Shown piece by piece: positions 40,537 to 53,579 of a stretch of 64,000 nt of DNA. A program made the translations under genes and the position numbers. Every line of letters starts with the position of its first letter. Position 1 is the stretch's first letter. The stretch comes from the human T2T-CHM13v2.0 reference genome, Homo sapiens. The stretch lies in NCBI RefSeq assembly GCF_009914755.1, contig NC_060933.1, one strand, 5' to 3'. The notes beneath the pieces were generated by a model that saw only the letters and a program-made list of their open reading frames with translations, had not been told where the DNA came from and ran no database searches.

Positions 40537-41225
40537 GAACTTTATTTCTTATAAAGGGTTACAACCTGCAGACTGGAAAGAGGAGTCTCTGGCCAAAACC
40601 AAAAGCAGACACTTCAGAGACAAAAGGGAGAGATGCTGAGATTTATGCCCAGTAAGATTAGCTATACATATATTCAGTAGGTTATAGGAGCATCTTGTTA
40701 ATATTTATGAGGGAGTCTAACACATGCATAGTGAATACACATATATTACATACAACCCATGTTCACTTTGAGGTGGAGACTTAACATCCAAATGCAGTAA
40801 AATTAGGCTCTATACACCAAAAGGTGAAACATAGGGCATAAAGGCACTTAGTGCACAGTTTCTGTAAACTGGCCAGAATCTGTCTGTGGTTGGTGGACAG
40901 TTATTAGGATGGAATGCTTTGCAAGGCTGGCCGTGTGTAAGAGTGAAACTTTGATACAGACAGGAGGGAGGTGGACCACAATGTCGGATGGTCTGTCGAG
41001 GTTGCAGGGGAAGTCTTCCAGACATAGTTTTTTAGGAACTGGTTTTTCTTTAATTGTAGGAAAGTCTTGAGGTGGTTAATGAGATAGGGGAGAGTTGAGG
41101 CATGACTGACCTCTTGCGTTGCCAAAGCTGTAGAATACAGCTTAAAAGGTTTTCTGGGATCTCTTGCCACAGGCAGTCCATTTCATTCTGCCTGGAGGGC
41201 CTAAGAGCTTTATTTTTATTTTATA
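40537..41225 (-). mobile_element. ERV1-class solo LTR (MER4-group; exact family uncertain)
   Basis: acatgcatagt...acccatgttcactttgaggtggagacttaacat and the end tttatttttattttata resemble MER41/MER66-type LTRs. Confidence 0.6.
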
Positions 41226-42644
41226 ATGACAATACTGTAAACCTTGAACAACACCGTGGGACCTATGCAAAGTGCTACTAGTGATGCCAGAAATGCTCCC
41301 AAGAAGCAGAGAAAAGTCATGACTTTACAAGAAAAAGCTGAACTGCTTGATATGTACCACAGATTGAGGTCTGCAGCTGTGGTTGCCTGCTGTGTCAGAT
41401 CTTGTAAACAGATAACATAAACTTAGAGTATTGATAAATACAGTACAGTACTGTAAATGTATTTTCTCTTCGTGATGATTTTCTTAATGACATTTTCTTT
41501 TCTCTAGCTTACTTTATTGTAAGAATATAGTATATAATACATATGACATACAAAATATGTGTTAATAGACTGTTTATGTTATTGGTAAGGCTTCTAGTCA
41601 ACAATAGGCTATTTGTAGTGAAGTTTTGGGGTAGTCAAAAGTTATATTCGAATTTTTGACTGTATGGGGGACAGGTCAGTACTGTAAACTCCATACTCTT
41701 CATGGGCCAGTTGTCCAATTCAGTGGCATTAAGTACATTAACATTGTTGTGCTACCATCACCACCGTTCATTTACAAAACTTTTCATCTTGCAAAACTGA
41801 AACTCTGTACCCATTAAACAATAACTCTCCAATTCCCCCTCCCCAAGACCCTGACGGCCGCCATTCTATTTTCTGTCTCTACGGATTTGACTGCTCTAGG
41901 TGCAGGACCTCATGTAAGTGAACATACAATATTTATCCTTTTGTTACTGGTTTATTTCACCTTGGCACAATGTCCTCAAGATTCACCTATGCTGTAGCAT
42001 ATGTCTGAATTTTCTTTCTTCTTAAGCCTAAATAATATTCCATTGTATGTATATACCACAATATGTTTATCTATTCATCTTCATTTTCTGGTGGACATGT
42101 GGGTTATGTCTACCTGCTGGCTGTTGTGAATAATGCTGCTATGAACATTGGTGTACAAATATTTGTGTTCCTGTTTTCAGTGCTTTTGAGTATATGTCCA
42201 GAAGTGGAACTGCTAGATGGTAATTCTCTTTAAAAGTTTTGAGGAACTGCCATAGTGCTTTCTATAGCAGTTGTTCCATTTTATATTCCTACTACCAGCT
42301 TATTTTATGTTTTCTTTTTTTGGAAGCAGCCATCTTAATGGGTATGAGGTGGCATCTCATGATTTGTATTTAGTTTAAGTGCAGGTTTCCTTAGGGAAAA
42401 CCAAAATATTATCAGTTACTAATATTCTAGAGTCAATGAGTTTGTAAGAATTTTTTTTTTTCTCAAAATGACAGCTCTCTCTAGAATGAGACAGTCAACA
42501 GGTATTACTGGAGGGAAAGTATTCGTGTATGGTAAAAATGGCCCTGAGCTTGGAGTCAGAGGCCTATCTCCAACACCTCACTATGAATCAATACAATCCA
42601 CAAGTGCTTCAGTTTCTTTATCTGAAAGATGTACGTAGTACCAT

Positions 42645-42826
42645 ACAGCAATGGCTCGTAAACTTTAGTGCATGTCTGAGTCACCTGTGGAGCCTGTTAA
42701 AACACATATTGCTGCACCCTCCCTCAGTTTCTGATTCCATGGGTATTGGGTGGGCCCTGAGAATTGCATTTCTGCAGATTATGCTGATGTTGCCAGCCCA
42801 AGGACCACACTTTGAAAATTACCATT
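42645..42826. mobile_element. MER5A
   Basis: cagcaatggctcgtaaacttt...gggccctgagaattgcatttct...ggaccacactttgaaaattacc. Confidence 0.75.
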
Positions 42827-44751
42827 CTACTGACTTGTTTTAGCAATGAGATAATATATTAAATAATTTTACACAATTGTTAAGCACTGTGAAATGTTGG
42901 AGGTTAATTAATCATTTGAGGGTAGAGAAGTCTCCTGAGATAGGCCATGGAATCCAGGGGTGCAGTACTTTTCAGGACTGCACTACAATTTCTGGGACTT
43001 GGTCATCCTGAGAAGTGAGCCAATGAGGAGGGAATATTAAGAAGGAGAGGGACTTTGGGAGTTAAGTTGGGAAGATGTCAAAGACTCATTTTACCTAAGA
43101 CACAAGAGTTCTAACTTCTCTTTGAGGCTTCAGAAAGAATTTCTGTTTGGCTGCAAGGAAAAGAAAACTCAATGAACAGACATAATGATATTTGCTTAAA
43201 CAGTTAAAGTCTTGCTTTTTATTTCATGCAACAAGAGTCTTAGAGATATAAAGTTACTGCTATTGACTCAGTGGCTCAAGGATTTCAATACTAAGGCCTG
43301 AGATTTCCTTGACCTTTCAAGTGTGTAACATGGCTGCTGCAGGTCCAGCCATTACATCTGCTTCTCTTGAAGGTGTAAGGAAAAAAAGACAAGGAGCAAA
43401 GGTCAGGGTCTCTGTTAGGAAAGCAAAATTTCCCCAGATATTCTCAGCAGTTTTCTGCTTGTGCTTCCATGTCTAGAGCTGTCTCTAGTTCCTGGAAGTT
43501 CCTAGCTTCAAGCATGTCTAAGAAAGACTTCATTTGAGTACCTTGCTACCTTATAGTCTTCCCTAGCTTAATAATTTTTTCTGTACCTAATGATTTCAGA
43601 GTGAGATAGTGAGGTGATCATGGGCAAAATTATTAGTCTTTCTGAGTTCTCTTATTCCTTTTATATCATTGAATGTTCTTTTTTGTGGCTATTGTTAGGA
43701 TTAGTGTTTCAATGTGAATGGCAGATTGAAGCTTCAGAGTGCTTTCACTCATCTTCAGTTGTTTCTCCGAGTTGCCTTGAGAGAGAGAAAGAGGTAGTTT
43801 TAGCCCTATTTTGTAGGTATAGTAATAGTGATTCCCTTTTCCTTTGTGTCTCTTTCGAATCCTACCATTTTATTCCCTATGTTTCTGTTGCCTGTCCTCA
43901 CATTTGGTCCTTCTCAGGATATGGCATGCTTTCCATATTTCCCAGTAAAAATCCCAGCCTTTCCGATGTCATATTGTCTCTAACCACTATGTGGTGATTA
44001 TGCAAATCAGATGGACTGATTCATGACAAAAACACATGAAGAGGTTAAACTTGAAAATAAACCTTGGCTGCTGCCATATGGAAAATTTTTTTCAGTGTGT
44101 GTTCTCAACCAGGGGTTAATGATTCTCTTAATCTACTCACCACAAGGTAGAGGCATTAATGAAGTAGGCTCCTTGGAAACGTGCTGTGACAAGAGAAAAT
44201 AGTATATTTATTTGCGGTTTATCTTTTTCATTTTTTGTGTGAGCTTGAGGCAGGTGTGGAAAAAGAAATGATGTCTTACCAAGGAAGTAACATTCAAAGT
44301 CGTTTTGAAAAAGTGACTATTCGGGAAGACTTAAAGGAAGGCAGGGTGGTAGCTGGGCCAACAGGCTGGTGGCAGGCAGGTGGCCTCAGGTATAGGGGGA
44401 GACAGAGGAAAGAAGGGAGTGAATGCAGGAAATATACGCAGTGGTTAGTGGACAGGTCTGGGCAGATGAGGTGGGAGTGGGAGGAAATGAGAGCTGACAC
44501 TAACAGTCTTGCTAAATATAGATTTTACAGGTGTGAATGGCAGGCAGGAGAAGGGAGCCAGTGTCGGATGCTGTGGCTCAGAGGCGGAAAATGGAAAAGT
44601 AGACAGTGACAGGGAGAGATACTGACTTGCAGGAAGCACTGAGTGCCTAGAAGGGAGATGACGTTCCCAAGAACATAGGAGTCTAGGGAGAAGTAAACCA
44701 CTGTAGATCAGTTTAGCCCATTTGAATCCATTTCAGCAAACATTTATTGAG

Positions 44752-44926
44752 TGTGATAGATAGAATAATGATCCCCTTGACCCTACCAAGATGCCTGTGC
44801 CCTAAATCTTGGAACCTGCCCCTTACATGACAAAGGGGACTGTGAGGATGTGATTAAACTAGTGATCCTGAGATGGACCACTAAGCATGTGGTAATTTGT
44901 CACAGCAGCAATGAGGAACTAACACA
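44752..44926 (+). mobile_element. Internally deleted MLT1 (C/D-like) LTR
   Basis: tgtgatagatagaataatg ... ggtaatttgtcacagcagcaatgaggaactaacaca. Confidence 0.7.
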
Positions 44927-45024
44927 TTGAAAAAGTACCAAATGGAGCAATTCATTAGGAAACATAAAAATGAATAAAGTGTTGATTCTAGCCTTTATAT
45001 GATGACCAGCTCAGTGGTCCAAGT

Positions 45025-45190
45025 CAGTGATCTTAAAACTTTAAATATGCATATGAATTATATGGAGGACCTTGCTAACATAAAGATTCTGACTAACTAG
45101 GTCCAGAGTGGTCCTGAGATCCTACATTTCTAACCAGCTCCTGGGTGACATGATGCTGTTGGTCTCAAACTAGGTTTTCTTTAGCAACGA
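45025..45190. mobile_element. MER5A
   Basis: cagtgatcttaaaactt...gtcctgagatcctacatttctaaccagctcc. Confidence 0.65.
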
Positions 45191-45900
45191 TCTAGGGTGT
45201 AGGTCTGTTCTAGCAACTGTGCAACCAAGAACAGCAAAACTTTTTAGTTTTTGTAGTGGAGAAAATGGTTCTGGTCTTAGGTACAAAAATTGATTGGAAT
45301 GATCATCTGACTTTAAAGTTCAAAGATCTAAAACTTACTAGTAGAGGGAACTTGGGGATCCAAGTGCTTTTAAAGGATTGTGGAGATAATCAAATAAGAG
45401 AATGTTTGTGAAAGCACTGGGTAATTTATTATAAAGCACTATGTGCAAATGTTATTCTTTTATATGTTGGATGAGAGCGGATTTGGCAAGAAAGCACAAA
45501 TGTCATTCAGTACTCATCCTTTCTTGTTAAATTGAAGTAAAGGAAGAGCTATTTGGGTGAAAACTCCAATGTCATTTATCTTTTATTTCTTTTAAGTTCT
45601 CTGTTCTTTTATGATTATAATACATATATGGAATGGAACATTTGGAATACAAAACAAACCAAAAGCCTACAGAGAAGAAAATTATAGTCACCTGTAATCC
45701 CATATTCCAAAGATAACTGGGAACTAGAGCTTTTCCAGGAGTGCGGGTTCATTTGATGTCCTTTGAGGGTCTTTGCATATTCCTGTCTCCTTGGAGTATT
45801 GTAGTCAACTCCATGCTCATTTGTTGGGCACCATTATTGATACTCTGTATCATTGTAGTGTTCCTAATCCAACCACAGTAGGGAACGGTTTACCATAAGG

Positions 45901-46096
45901 CAATAGTTCTCAACTAGGGGACATTTTGCAATGCCTGAAGATATCTTTATTGTAACAGCTGAGGGGTGGGTTGCTACTGGCATCTAGGAGATAGAGGCCA
46001 AAGATGCTGCCAAACATCCTACAGTGCACAGGACAGCACCTACAACAATAGTTATCTGGCCCCAAATGTCAATAGTGTCAAGCTTGAGAAACTGCT
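45901..46096. mobile_element. MER20 hAT-Charlie element
   Basis: caatagttctcaact...gctactggcatctag...ggcccaaatgtcaatagtgtcaagcttgagaaac. Confidence 0.85.
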
Positions 46097-46100
46097 GTAG

Positions 46101-46302
46101 AACATTGGGTTTTACAGTTTAGTGGTCATCAGAATCACCTAGAAGGCCTGTTAAAACACAGATTGCCCACCCTTCCTTCTCCCCTTTCCCCCAGTTTCTG
46201 GTTTAGTAGGTCTAGGAGGAGGTTGAGAATTTTTGCCTTTTTAGCAAGCTCTCAGTTGATGCTGATGCTGCTGGTCTGGGGGCTACACTTTGAGAACAAT
46301 TG
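46101..46302. mobile_element. MER5A
   Basis: catcagaatcacctagaaggcctgttaaaacacagattg...ctacactttgagaacaattg. Confidence 0.8.
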
Positions 46303-48809
46303 CCATTGGGGTTAATAGCTGCACAACTATAATTGGTCTTGTGTAAAGTACCAGCTCCATACTTTGTGCTGTCACTCATATTTAAGCTGATCACATGTCT
46401 CTGGTATGTTGCAAACATCTCTTGGGCATAGGCCAGATCTCCTCCTTCCCTTGCTCTATCCTGCAGTGCTGAGAACAGGCCTCTTTCATTACTATGAACC
46501 AGATGGTTTCATTTGACCATGTGGACTTGGCACCATATAAATGGCTCCAAGGACACATAAGTGAATTTTTTTGCTGGAGGAGATTGATGGAGAGAGGGGA
46601 GAGTTGGGGCAAATGAATGTGGAGAGAAAAAAAACAGCCGTTTTTGTGTTCCTTAAGACATCCCCCGCAGTGTCCTGAAAACTCAACACACCTGTGCAGA
46701 ATGCATAGCTTTGCACTCTTTAAAATAAATGGACAGTATTTTAGTCTCAAATGGTAGACTCCCAATGTAACCTGCTGTCTTATTGGTGTTGGAGTCAGGT
46801 TAAATTTCACTGTCACCATACTAGCAGGCCCCAAGGAGGGGAGATTTGTCTCCTATGTCCCTGACTTCATAATCTTTCTCTTCTCTCCGAGGATCCTTTC
46901 TCCCACCCTGTCCTCTGTTGTCTACTGTCCCTTCAACATGAGGGCAGAGCTGGGGTACCTCTGAATCATATCTTATTGAGACCCTGGACAGAGGCAGTGC
47001 CTGGATTCAGTATGGAGAGAACTTAGGCAAGGTTGGGAATGAGAGGCTGGAAGCTAGACACAGGAGTAGGTTGGGCTTGGAAGTACTCAGAAGCCATCCA
47101 TTAGAAAGCAAAGAACACACCGACCCTTGTGCTTAAAATGAGGCAGTGGGTCAGAAACCAGGCAAAAGGTTAGAAAAACTCTAGGGGACAAGGTGTCCAG
47201 GAATGGGAGAGCTCAAAACTGAAGCAAGGTCTGTCTTTGAAGCCTCTTCTGTGACTTCTGCTGGGCCAAGGAAAAAAACAGGTGCCTCTCCCTAAAGTGC
47301 TAACCAGCTAGTCTGGCTGACTGGGAAGGCTTCAGACCATAAGAAGAACAGCTAATAGCTATGAGGAGGGGGGATGGGGATAGGCACATATGACATTTCA
47401 AAAGTACCAGTGGTATTCTTTTCCCCATGCTGTTAAGACAAGTATTTCTTTTATTTCTATTTTAATATTTATAATAGATAACATTCTGTAACATTCAATA
47501 TTTAACAAAAAGTATAAAAGATAGCATTAATTGAGCACCTACTATTCCTATTAACAGTGCTGCAAGATAGATTTTTCTCCTCATTTTAGAAATAAGGAAA
47601 TTGAAGCTAAGAGAGGGAAAGTCATTTTCCCAAGTAAGCATACAGCTGGAACTTGAACTCAGTTCCACCTGTCTTCAAGGCCTGTACTCTTTTCAGTAAA
47701 GTGTGAGGCAGTTTGGGCCACAGCTTGTTTTCTGGGTTTCCTACTGATCTATTCTAGAATTCTTTCTATGCAGAGAGTCACTCTATCTCCCAATAATAGG
47801 TTCTCGTAACACTAATTTTTTAGCTTGCTAACATTCAACTGCCTATTTTGGAAAGTTTTAAAAAGCTGTTTTTCATTCAAGTATTAAAAAAAATTCTCAG
47901 ACCATTAAGATGTCAGTTCACTTCCATTCTAAGCTCCAGGTTTGAGGGAGGGAGAGGAGAATTTTGCAAGCACTGAAAATTAAATGTGTGTGTATGATAT
48001 GTCATCCTTATATTCAACATGACTCTCCCCAGTGACACAGCTGCAGTGCACACAGTAAAACATCCTGATTCATCAGGCTTGCATCTCACTGTGTATAAGT
48101 CCTCTCTTTACCTTTGCAAGTGAGAGTTGTCCCAGAGTTTCATATAAAACAGTGCTGTATCACCCAAGAACGTTCTGGCCTCTTTTACATGACTTGAGTG
48201 GAGTCTGAGTGGTACTGTAAAGCTGAGTTTATAGCACGGATGAGTCAGGAGAAGGAGAGGTCTGGATGTCAGCTGGAGCCAGCATCAGAACCAAAGAGAA
48301 AGGCAGAAGGTGGAGACCACAGTTTAGGGGTCACAGAGGTTTAGGAGTCATGAATTGCTACCCACATCAGGGCACCCCGGGGGAATCACAGCATCCTAAG
48401 AAAGTCAAGAACAAGGCCGACAGTCCAATCTGACTGTCTTTTACAGGACAAACACTGATATAAAGCCAGGGCTGCATCATTTGGCTAGAGCCAGACCAGA
48501 GATATGTGCCTTTACTTTGATAGTTCTGTCTCTGAAATCCAAAAGTCAGGGTATGATAAACGTCTGAGATTTTGCTTTTAAATATAGCAAGTGCCTTTTT
48601 AAATGTACTTTTTCTTCTTCCCAGCTTATATTAGAGTAACTCAGCACCAATTGATTAGATTCCCCAGCCTCGCTTTGTAGCCAGAATGGCCTATCCTCCC
48701 TGCCCCATGATGTTTTTGCTGCAAAACGAGGTCTCAGCAGTTGCAGCTGGGGCGCTGGAAGTCCGACGTACGGTGAATGCCTCCCCGGCCACTTCCCTTT
48801 CAGCAATGC

Positions 48810-48823
48810 CCACTAGGTGACGC
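48810..48823 (+). promoter_or_regulatory. Candidate CTCF site in a CpG-retaining patch
   Basis: CCACTAGGTGACGC has one mismatch to CCASYAGRKGGCRS. Confidence 0.4.
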
Positions 48824-49228
48824 CTGTGAATGGGACAGGCTCTCCAGAGTACTAGCCTTCCACTCTCCCTCCCTTCCCATGCTCACATATTGGCTAGAAG
48901 ATGCTTAAGTGGGCAAGGTCCTGAAGACATTCTTTTGTGCCTTTGCTCAGACAGAGGACATGTGATGATCTCAGTCAGTTTCCTTTCATTTCATGGGGGC
49001 CGCTGATGTCTCCGTGTAGTGTATGTGATGGTTAAATTATAAAAACAGGAAAAGACCCCAAAGCCTGCATGACCTGCACAGTTTTAGCTGTCTGGGTAGG
49101 TTCATAACGGCTTTAGAAATGCAAACAAAATTCCCCAAACTAAAATGACTTCTGATGGTTCTGGTAAACTGAATGTGACCTTTCCAGAAAGAAGACTACA
49201 AACAGGTGTGATTATCTTTCACTACAGG

Positions 49229-49412
49229 AGCAGTTCCCAAACTTGAGTGTGCATCAGAATCACCTGAAGGGATAGTTAAACCACTGATTTCTGGGTTCCA
49301 CCCATAGTTTCTGATTTAAGAGGTTTTGGGAAGGGCCTGAGAATTTGTATTTCTAATAAGTTCCAAGGTGATGCTGTTGTCACTTGCGGGGGAACCTAAC
49401 TTAAAGAACCAT
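49229..49412. mobile_element. MER5A
   Basis: cagttcccaaacttgagtgtgcatcagaatcacctg...gggcctgagaatttgtatttctaataagttcc. Confidence 0.8.
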
Positions 49413-52400
49413 GGCACCATGGCATTCTGTTAGAAGTATGTGGGGGATAGAAAATGATGTGGAGAGAGAGATGGGGGCTAAGAGGGGCGGGGAACATACC
49501 GTGAATTGCTGTAAACAGAGATTCCCTCTTAGCTACAACAAAAGTCACTTTCCTGTTTGCCCCATCATCCTCCTACCATTTTTCCAGTGTTCTCCTTACT
49601 CCGAAGAATGTCAACAGCACATTGTGCTTTTGTTAGATAAATCTACCGGGTGGGGATAAGTTAAATCTAATGGCAAGTCAGGGACAAATAACCAGGCAGC
49701 TGGGCCATTGCTGGAGATACATTGAGGTGATTTATTTAAATTTGCCTGATTGCCTTTCTAGTAGGGAAATGAAACGTTTTCTTTGTACTGCAGGTGTTCA
49801 AGTGCTTTTTTAATGGCTAAATATTTAAAGTGACAGTCAAGTCAAGGTTAAAAAGGTGATATGAGTGTACATTCAGAGCCACTGATTTGGGAACATTCTA
49901 AATATAGCTCATTTGGCTCTTAATAAAGGGTGAGAGAGTGGATGAGTATGTGTGTATGAAAATATAATTGCTCCCATGACACCCCAAATTACTCTTCAGG
50001 TATATATTAGCGTTGCTGAGAGCTTCCTCATATGACACAGCATCTTTCTATAGGTTTTTGGGTGTTTATGCCTTTTTTCCTTTTTAAACAATTCTATACA
50101 GCACAAGAGAGGTTAATTTGATGATATCCATTCTACAAGTGAGGACTGTGGTCCAGGGAGACTCACTGATAGGCCAGAAGTTACCTGACTTAGCCTCCAA
50201 ACTGGAAACAAGAAGTCCTTAGACTTCAGTTTCTGTTCTCTATCGATTTTTCAGCCATGTCTGTCGACTTTGATTTTCTCTGCTAAAATAACTTGTGGGC
50301 AAATTTCCACTGTTCGCTATAGTTGTGTCTTGTCTTCAGTTATGCTTGGAGTCCCCTTTAAGAGATGGTGTTCCCCCCACCCCCCCATGCTGAAAAATTC
50401 ATCCCTCAGGTTGATAGCACAGCAGGCAGGCAGGCATTTTCCTTTCTGTCTTTCATGTAATGACCGTGAAATCCCTTCCATAAGAACATAGAGGTTTTGT
50501 TCTGTTCTGTTTCTAATTTCAGAACAATAAGTCTCCAATGCACCACCACCCACCGGAAAAAGAGCACACAGTGACTGACAAGGTGAGGTCTTTGTTTGGT
50601 TGTATTTCAAATCTTTTGCTTTCTGAAATCCCTAACACTTTGGCTATAAATCACTAAAAGGTGGATGTTCTCTAAAATGAATTTTGCATGAAATGTCAGC
50701 CAGAGTCGAGGGGACAGCTATAATATTTATGACTGGTGGTATTTCTTAGGGGAGGTAAAAGAAAATGAAGCCAATATAGTTCAGTTTTGTACTGAGGGCA
50801 GGGAAGACAGAGAAGGAGAGAGCAAATCTTTTTCTTTCACCCAGTTATTTTGCTTCTGCCATTTTCAGTACTAAAAAAAAAAATACCAAAAAAACCCCAA
50901 AACAAAACAAAACAAAAAACCCTGCAATTCTCAAAGCAAAGGGCTCAGGAGTGTTTATCCACATTGGTAAAGTATGGGTTAGAAGAATGTGGGCAGCTGT
51001 GTAAGAGGGAAATAAGCAAACCTGAAACTACTATGGGAATGTACTTGTTAATAGAAAGATTGTTTTACTAAGTCCTCTCTTTCTGAAAGACAATTTGATA
51101 CTAGTTGCAGCTCCTCATAGTTTTCCTTGGAAAGCAAACTGCTGTGTTTATTTAGGGGAGGAAATGTTGCAGAGATAATGTAATATCCACTTGTCCTCCC
51201 GTCATTGATAGGAAAACACACAGAACATATCTGCCTGCCAATTGAGGGTGTCCAAACCTGACACTAACTTATACATACACACATGCATGCACACACACAT
51301 ACACACACACGTGTGTGTATATATATATTTGACATAACTTTTAAGTTCAGGGGTACATGTGCAAGTTTGTTATATAGGTAAAGTTGTGTCATGGGGGTTT
51401 GTTGTACAGATTATTTCATCACCCAGGTATTAAGCCTAGTTCCCATTGATTATTTTTCCTGATTCTTTCCCTCCTCCCACCCTCCATCCTCCCATAGGCC
51501 CCAGTGTGTGTTGTTCCCCTCTATGTGTCCACGTGTTCTCATCATTTAGCTCTCACTTGTGAGTGAGAACATGTGGTATTTGGCTTTCAGTTCCCGAGTT
51601 AGTTCGCTAAGGATAATGGTCTCCAGCTCCATCCATGTTTCTAGAAAGAACACTATTTCGCTCTTTTCTATGGCTGCATAGTATTCCATGGTGTATATGT
51701 ACCACATTTTCTTTATCCAGTCTACCATTGATGGGCATTTAGGTTGATTACATTTCTTTGTTATTGTGAATAGTGCTACAGTGAACATACGTGTACATGT
51801 GTCTTTATGATAGAATGATTTATATTCCTTTGGATATATATCCAGTAATGGGATTGCTGGGTCGAATGGTATTTCTGCTTTTAGGTCTTTGAGGATTCAC
51901 CATGCTGTCTTCCACAGTGGTTGAACTAATTTACACTCTCACCAATGGTATGTAAGTGTTCCTTTTTCTCTGCAACCTCATCAGCATCTGTTCTTTTTTG
52001 ATTTTTTAATAATAGCCGTTCTGACTGGTGTGAGATGTTATCTCACTGTGGTTTTGATTTGCATTTCTCTCACGATCAGTGATGTTGGGCTTTTTTTTTC
52101 CATATGATTGTTGGTTGCATGCATGTCTTCTTTTGAAAAGTGTCTGTTCATGTCCTTTGCCCACTTTTTAATGTTTATTTGTTTTGTCTTGTAAATTCGG
52201 TTAAGTTCCTTATAGATGCTGGATATTAGACCTTTGTCGGATGCATAGTTTGCAAAAATTTTCTCCCATTTGGTAGGTTGTCTCTTCATTCTGTTGATAG
52301 TTTTTTTTTTTCTGTGCAGAAGCTCTTTAGTTTAATTGGATCCCATTTTTCAATTTTGCTTTTGTTGCATTTGCTTTTGGTGTCTTCATCGTGAAATTTT

Positions 52401-52641
52401 TGCCTGTTCTTATGTCAAGAATGGTATTGCCTAGGTTGTCTTCCAGGTTTTTTGTGGTTTTGGGTTTTGCATTTAAGTCTTTAATTCATCTTGAGTTGAT
52501 TTTTGTTTATGGTGTAAGGAAAAGGTCCAGTTTTAATCTTCTGCATATGGCTAGCTAGCTATGCCAGCACCATTTATTGAATAGGGAGTTCTTTCCCCAT
52601 TGCTTGTCTTTGTCAGGTTTGTTGAAGATCACATAAGCATG

Positions 52642-53579
52642 TGTATTAGTCAGGGTTCTCTAGAGGGACAGAACTAATAGAATATATATATATATATCTT
52701 TCCCGTATATATATATATCTATATATATAGCCTTCTCCTTTATATATATATATATATCCTTCCCCTTTATATATATATATATTTCCCCTTTGCATATATT
52801 TATATATCCTTCCCCTTTATATATATATACATATATATATCCTTCCCCTTTATATATTTATATTCTTCCCCTTTATATATATATACTTCCCCTTTATATA
52901 TATATATATATACACACACTTCCCCTTTATATATATATATACTTCCTATATATATATACACAGAACTAATAGGATATATATATTTATATCCTATTATATA
53001 TAATAGGATTTATATATATATTCTTCCCCTATATATATGTCCTCATATATATGAATTTATATATAAATATATGTAATGAATATATAAATATGAATTTAAT
53101 TCCCATATATACGTATATACACATATATACATATATACATACATATATGTGTGTGTGTATATATATATTATATATATATATATATATAAAGGGGAGTTAA
53201 TTAAGTATTAACTCACACTATCACAAGCTCCCACAATAGGCTGTCTGCAAGCTGAAGAGCAAGGAGAGCCAGTACGAGTTCCAAAATTGAAAGACTTGGA
53301 GTCTGATGCTTGAGGGCAGGAAGCATCCAGCATGGAAGAAAGATGTAGGCTGGGAGGCTAGACAAGTCTAGTTTTTTCACATTTTTCTGCCTGCTTTGTA
53401 TTCTAGCTGCACTGGCAACTGATTAGATGGTGCCCACCCAGATTAAGGGTGAGTCTGCCTTTCTCAGCCCACTAACTCAAATGTTAATCTCCTTTGGCAA
53501 CACCCTCACAGACACACCCAGGATCAATACTTTGCATTCTTCAATCCAATCAAGCTGGTACTCAGTATCAGCCATTACA
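52642..53579 (-). mobile_element. MLT2A (ERVL) solo LTR with an expanded internal TA-rich VNTR
   Basis: tgtattagtcagggttctctagagggacagaactaatag ... cagtatcagccattaca. 5-bp TSD gcatg at 52637-52641 and 53580-53584. Confidence 0.92.
52682..53190. repeat. Compound (TA)n / [CTTCCCCTT(TA)n] minisatellite of about 10 units
   Basis: Repeated cttcccctttatatata units. Confidence 0.9.

Noticed and set aside
43614-46834. ORFs of 124-147 aa (43614, 44235, 46391)
   Set aside because: Non-ATG starts, no recognisable homology and no clear splice structure; some overlap probable ancient repeats.
51303-51318. Perfect palindrome acacacacgtgtgtgt
   Set aside because: A trivial junction of (AC)n and (GT)n microsatellites at an L1 tail.
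52682-53190. Repeat-spacer appearance suggesting a CRISPR-like array
   Set aside because: The spacers are only variable (TA)n, the context is a eukaryotic LTR, and there are no cas genes.
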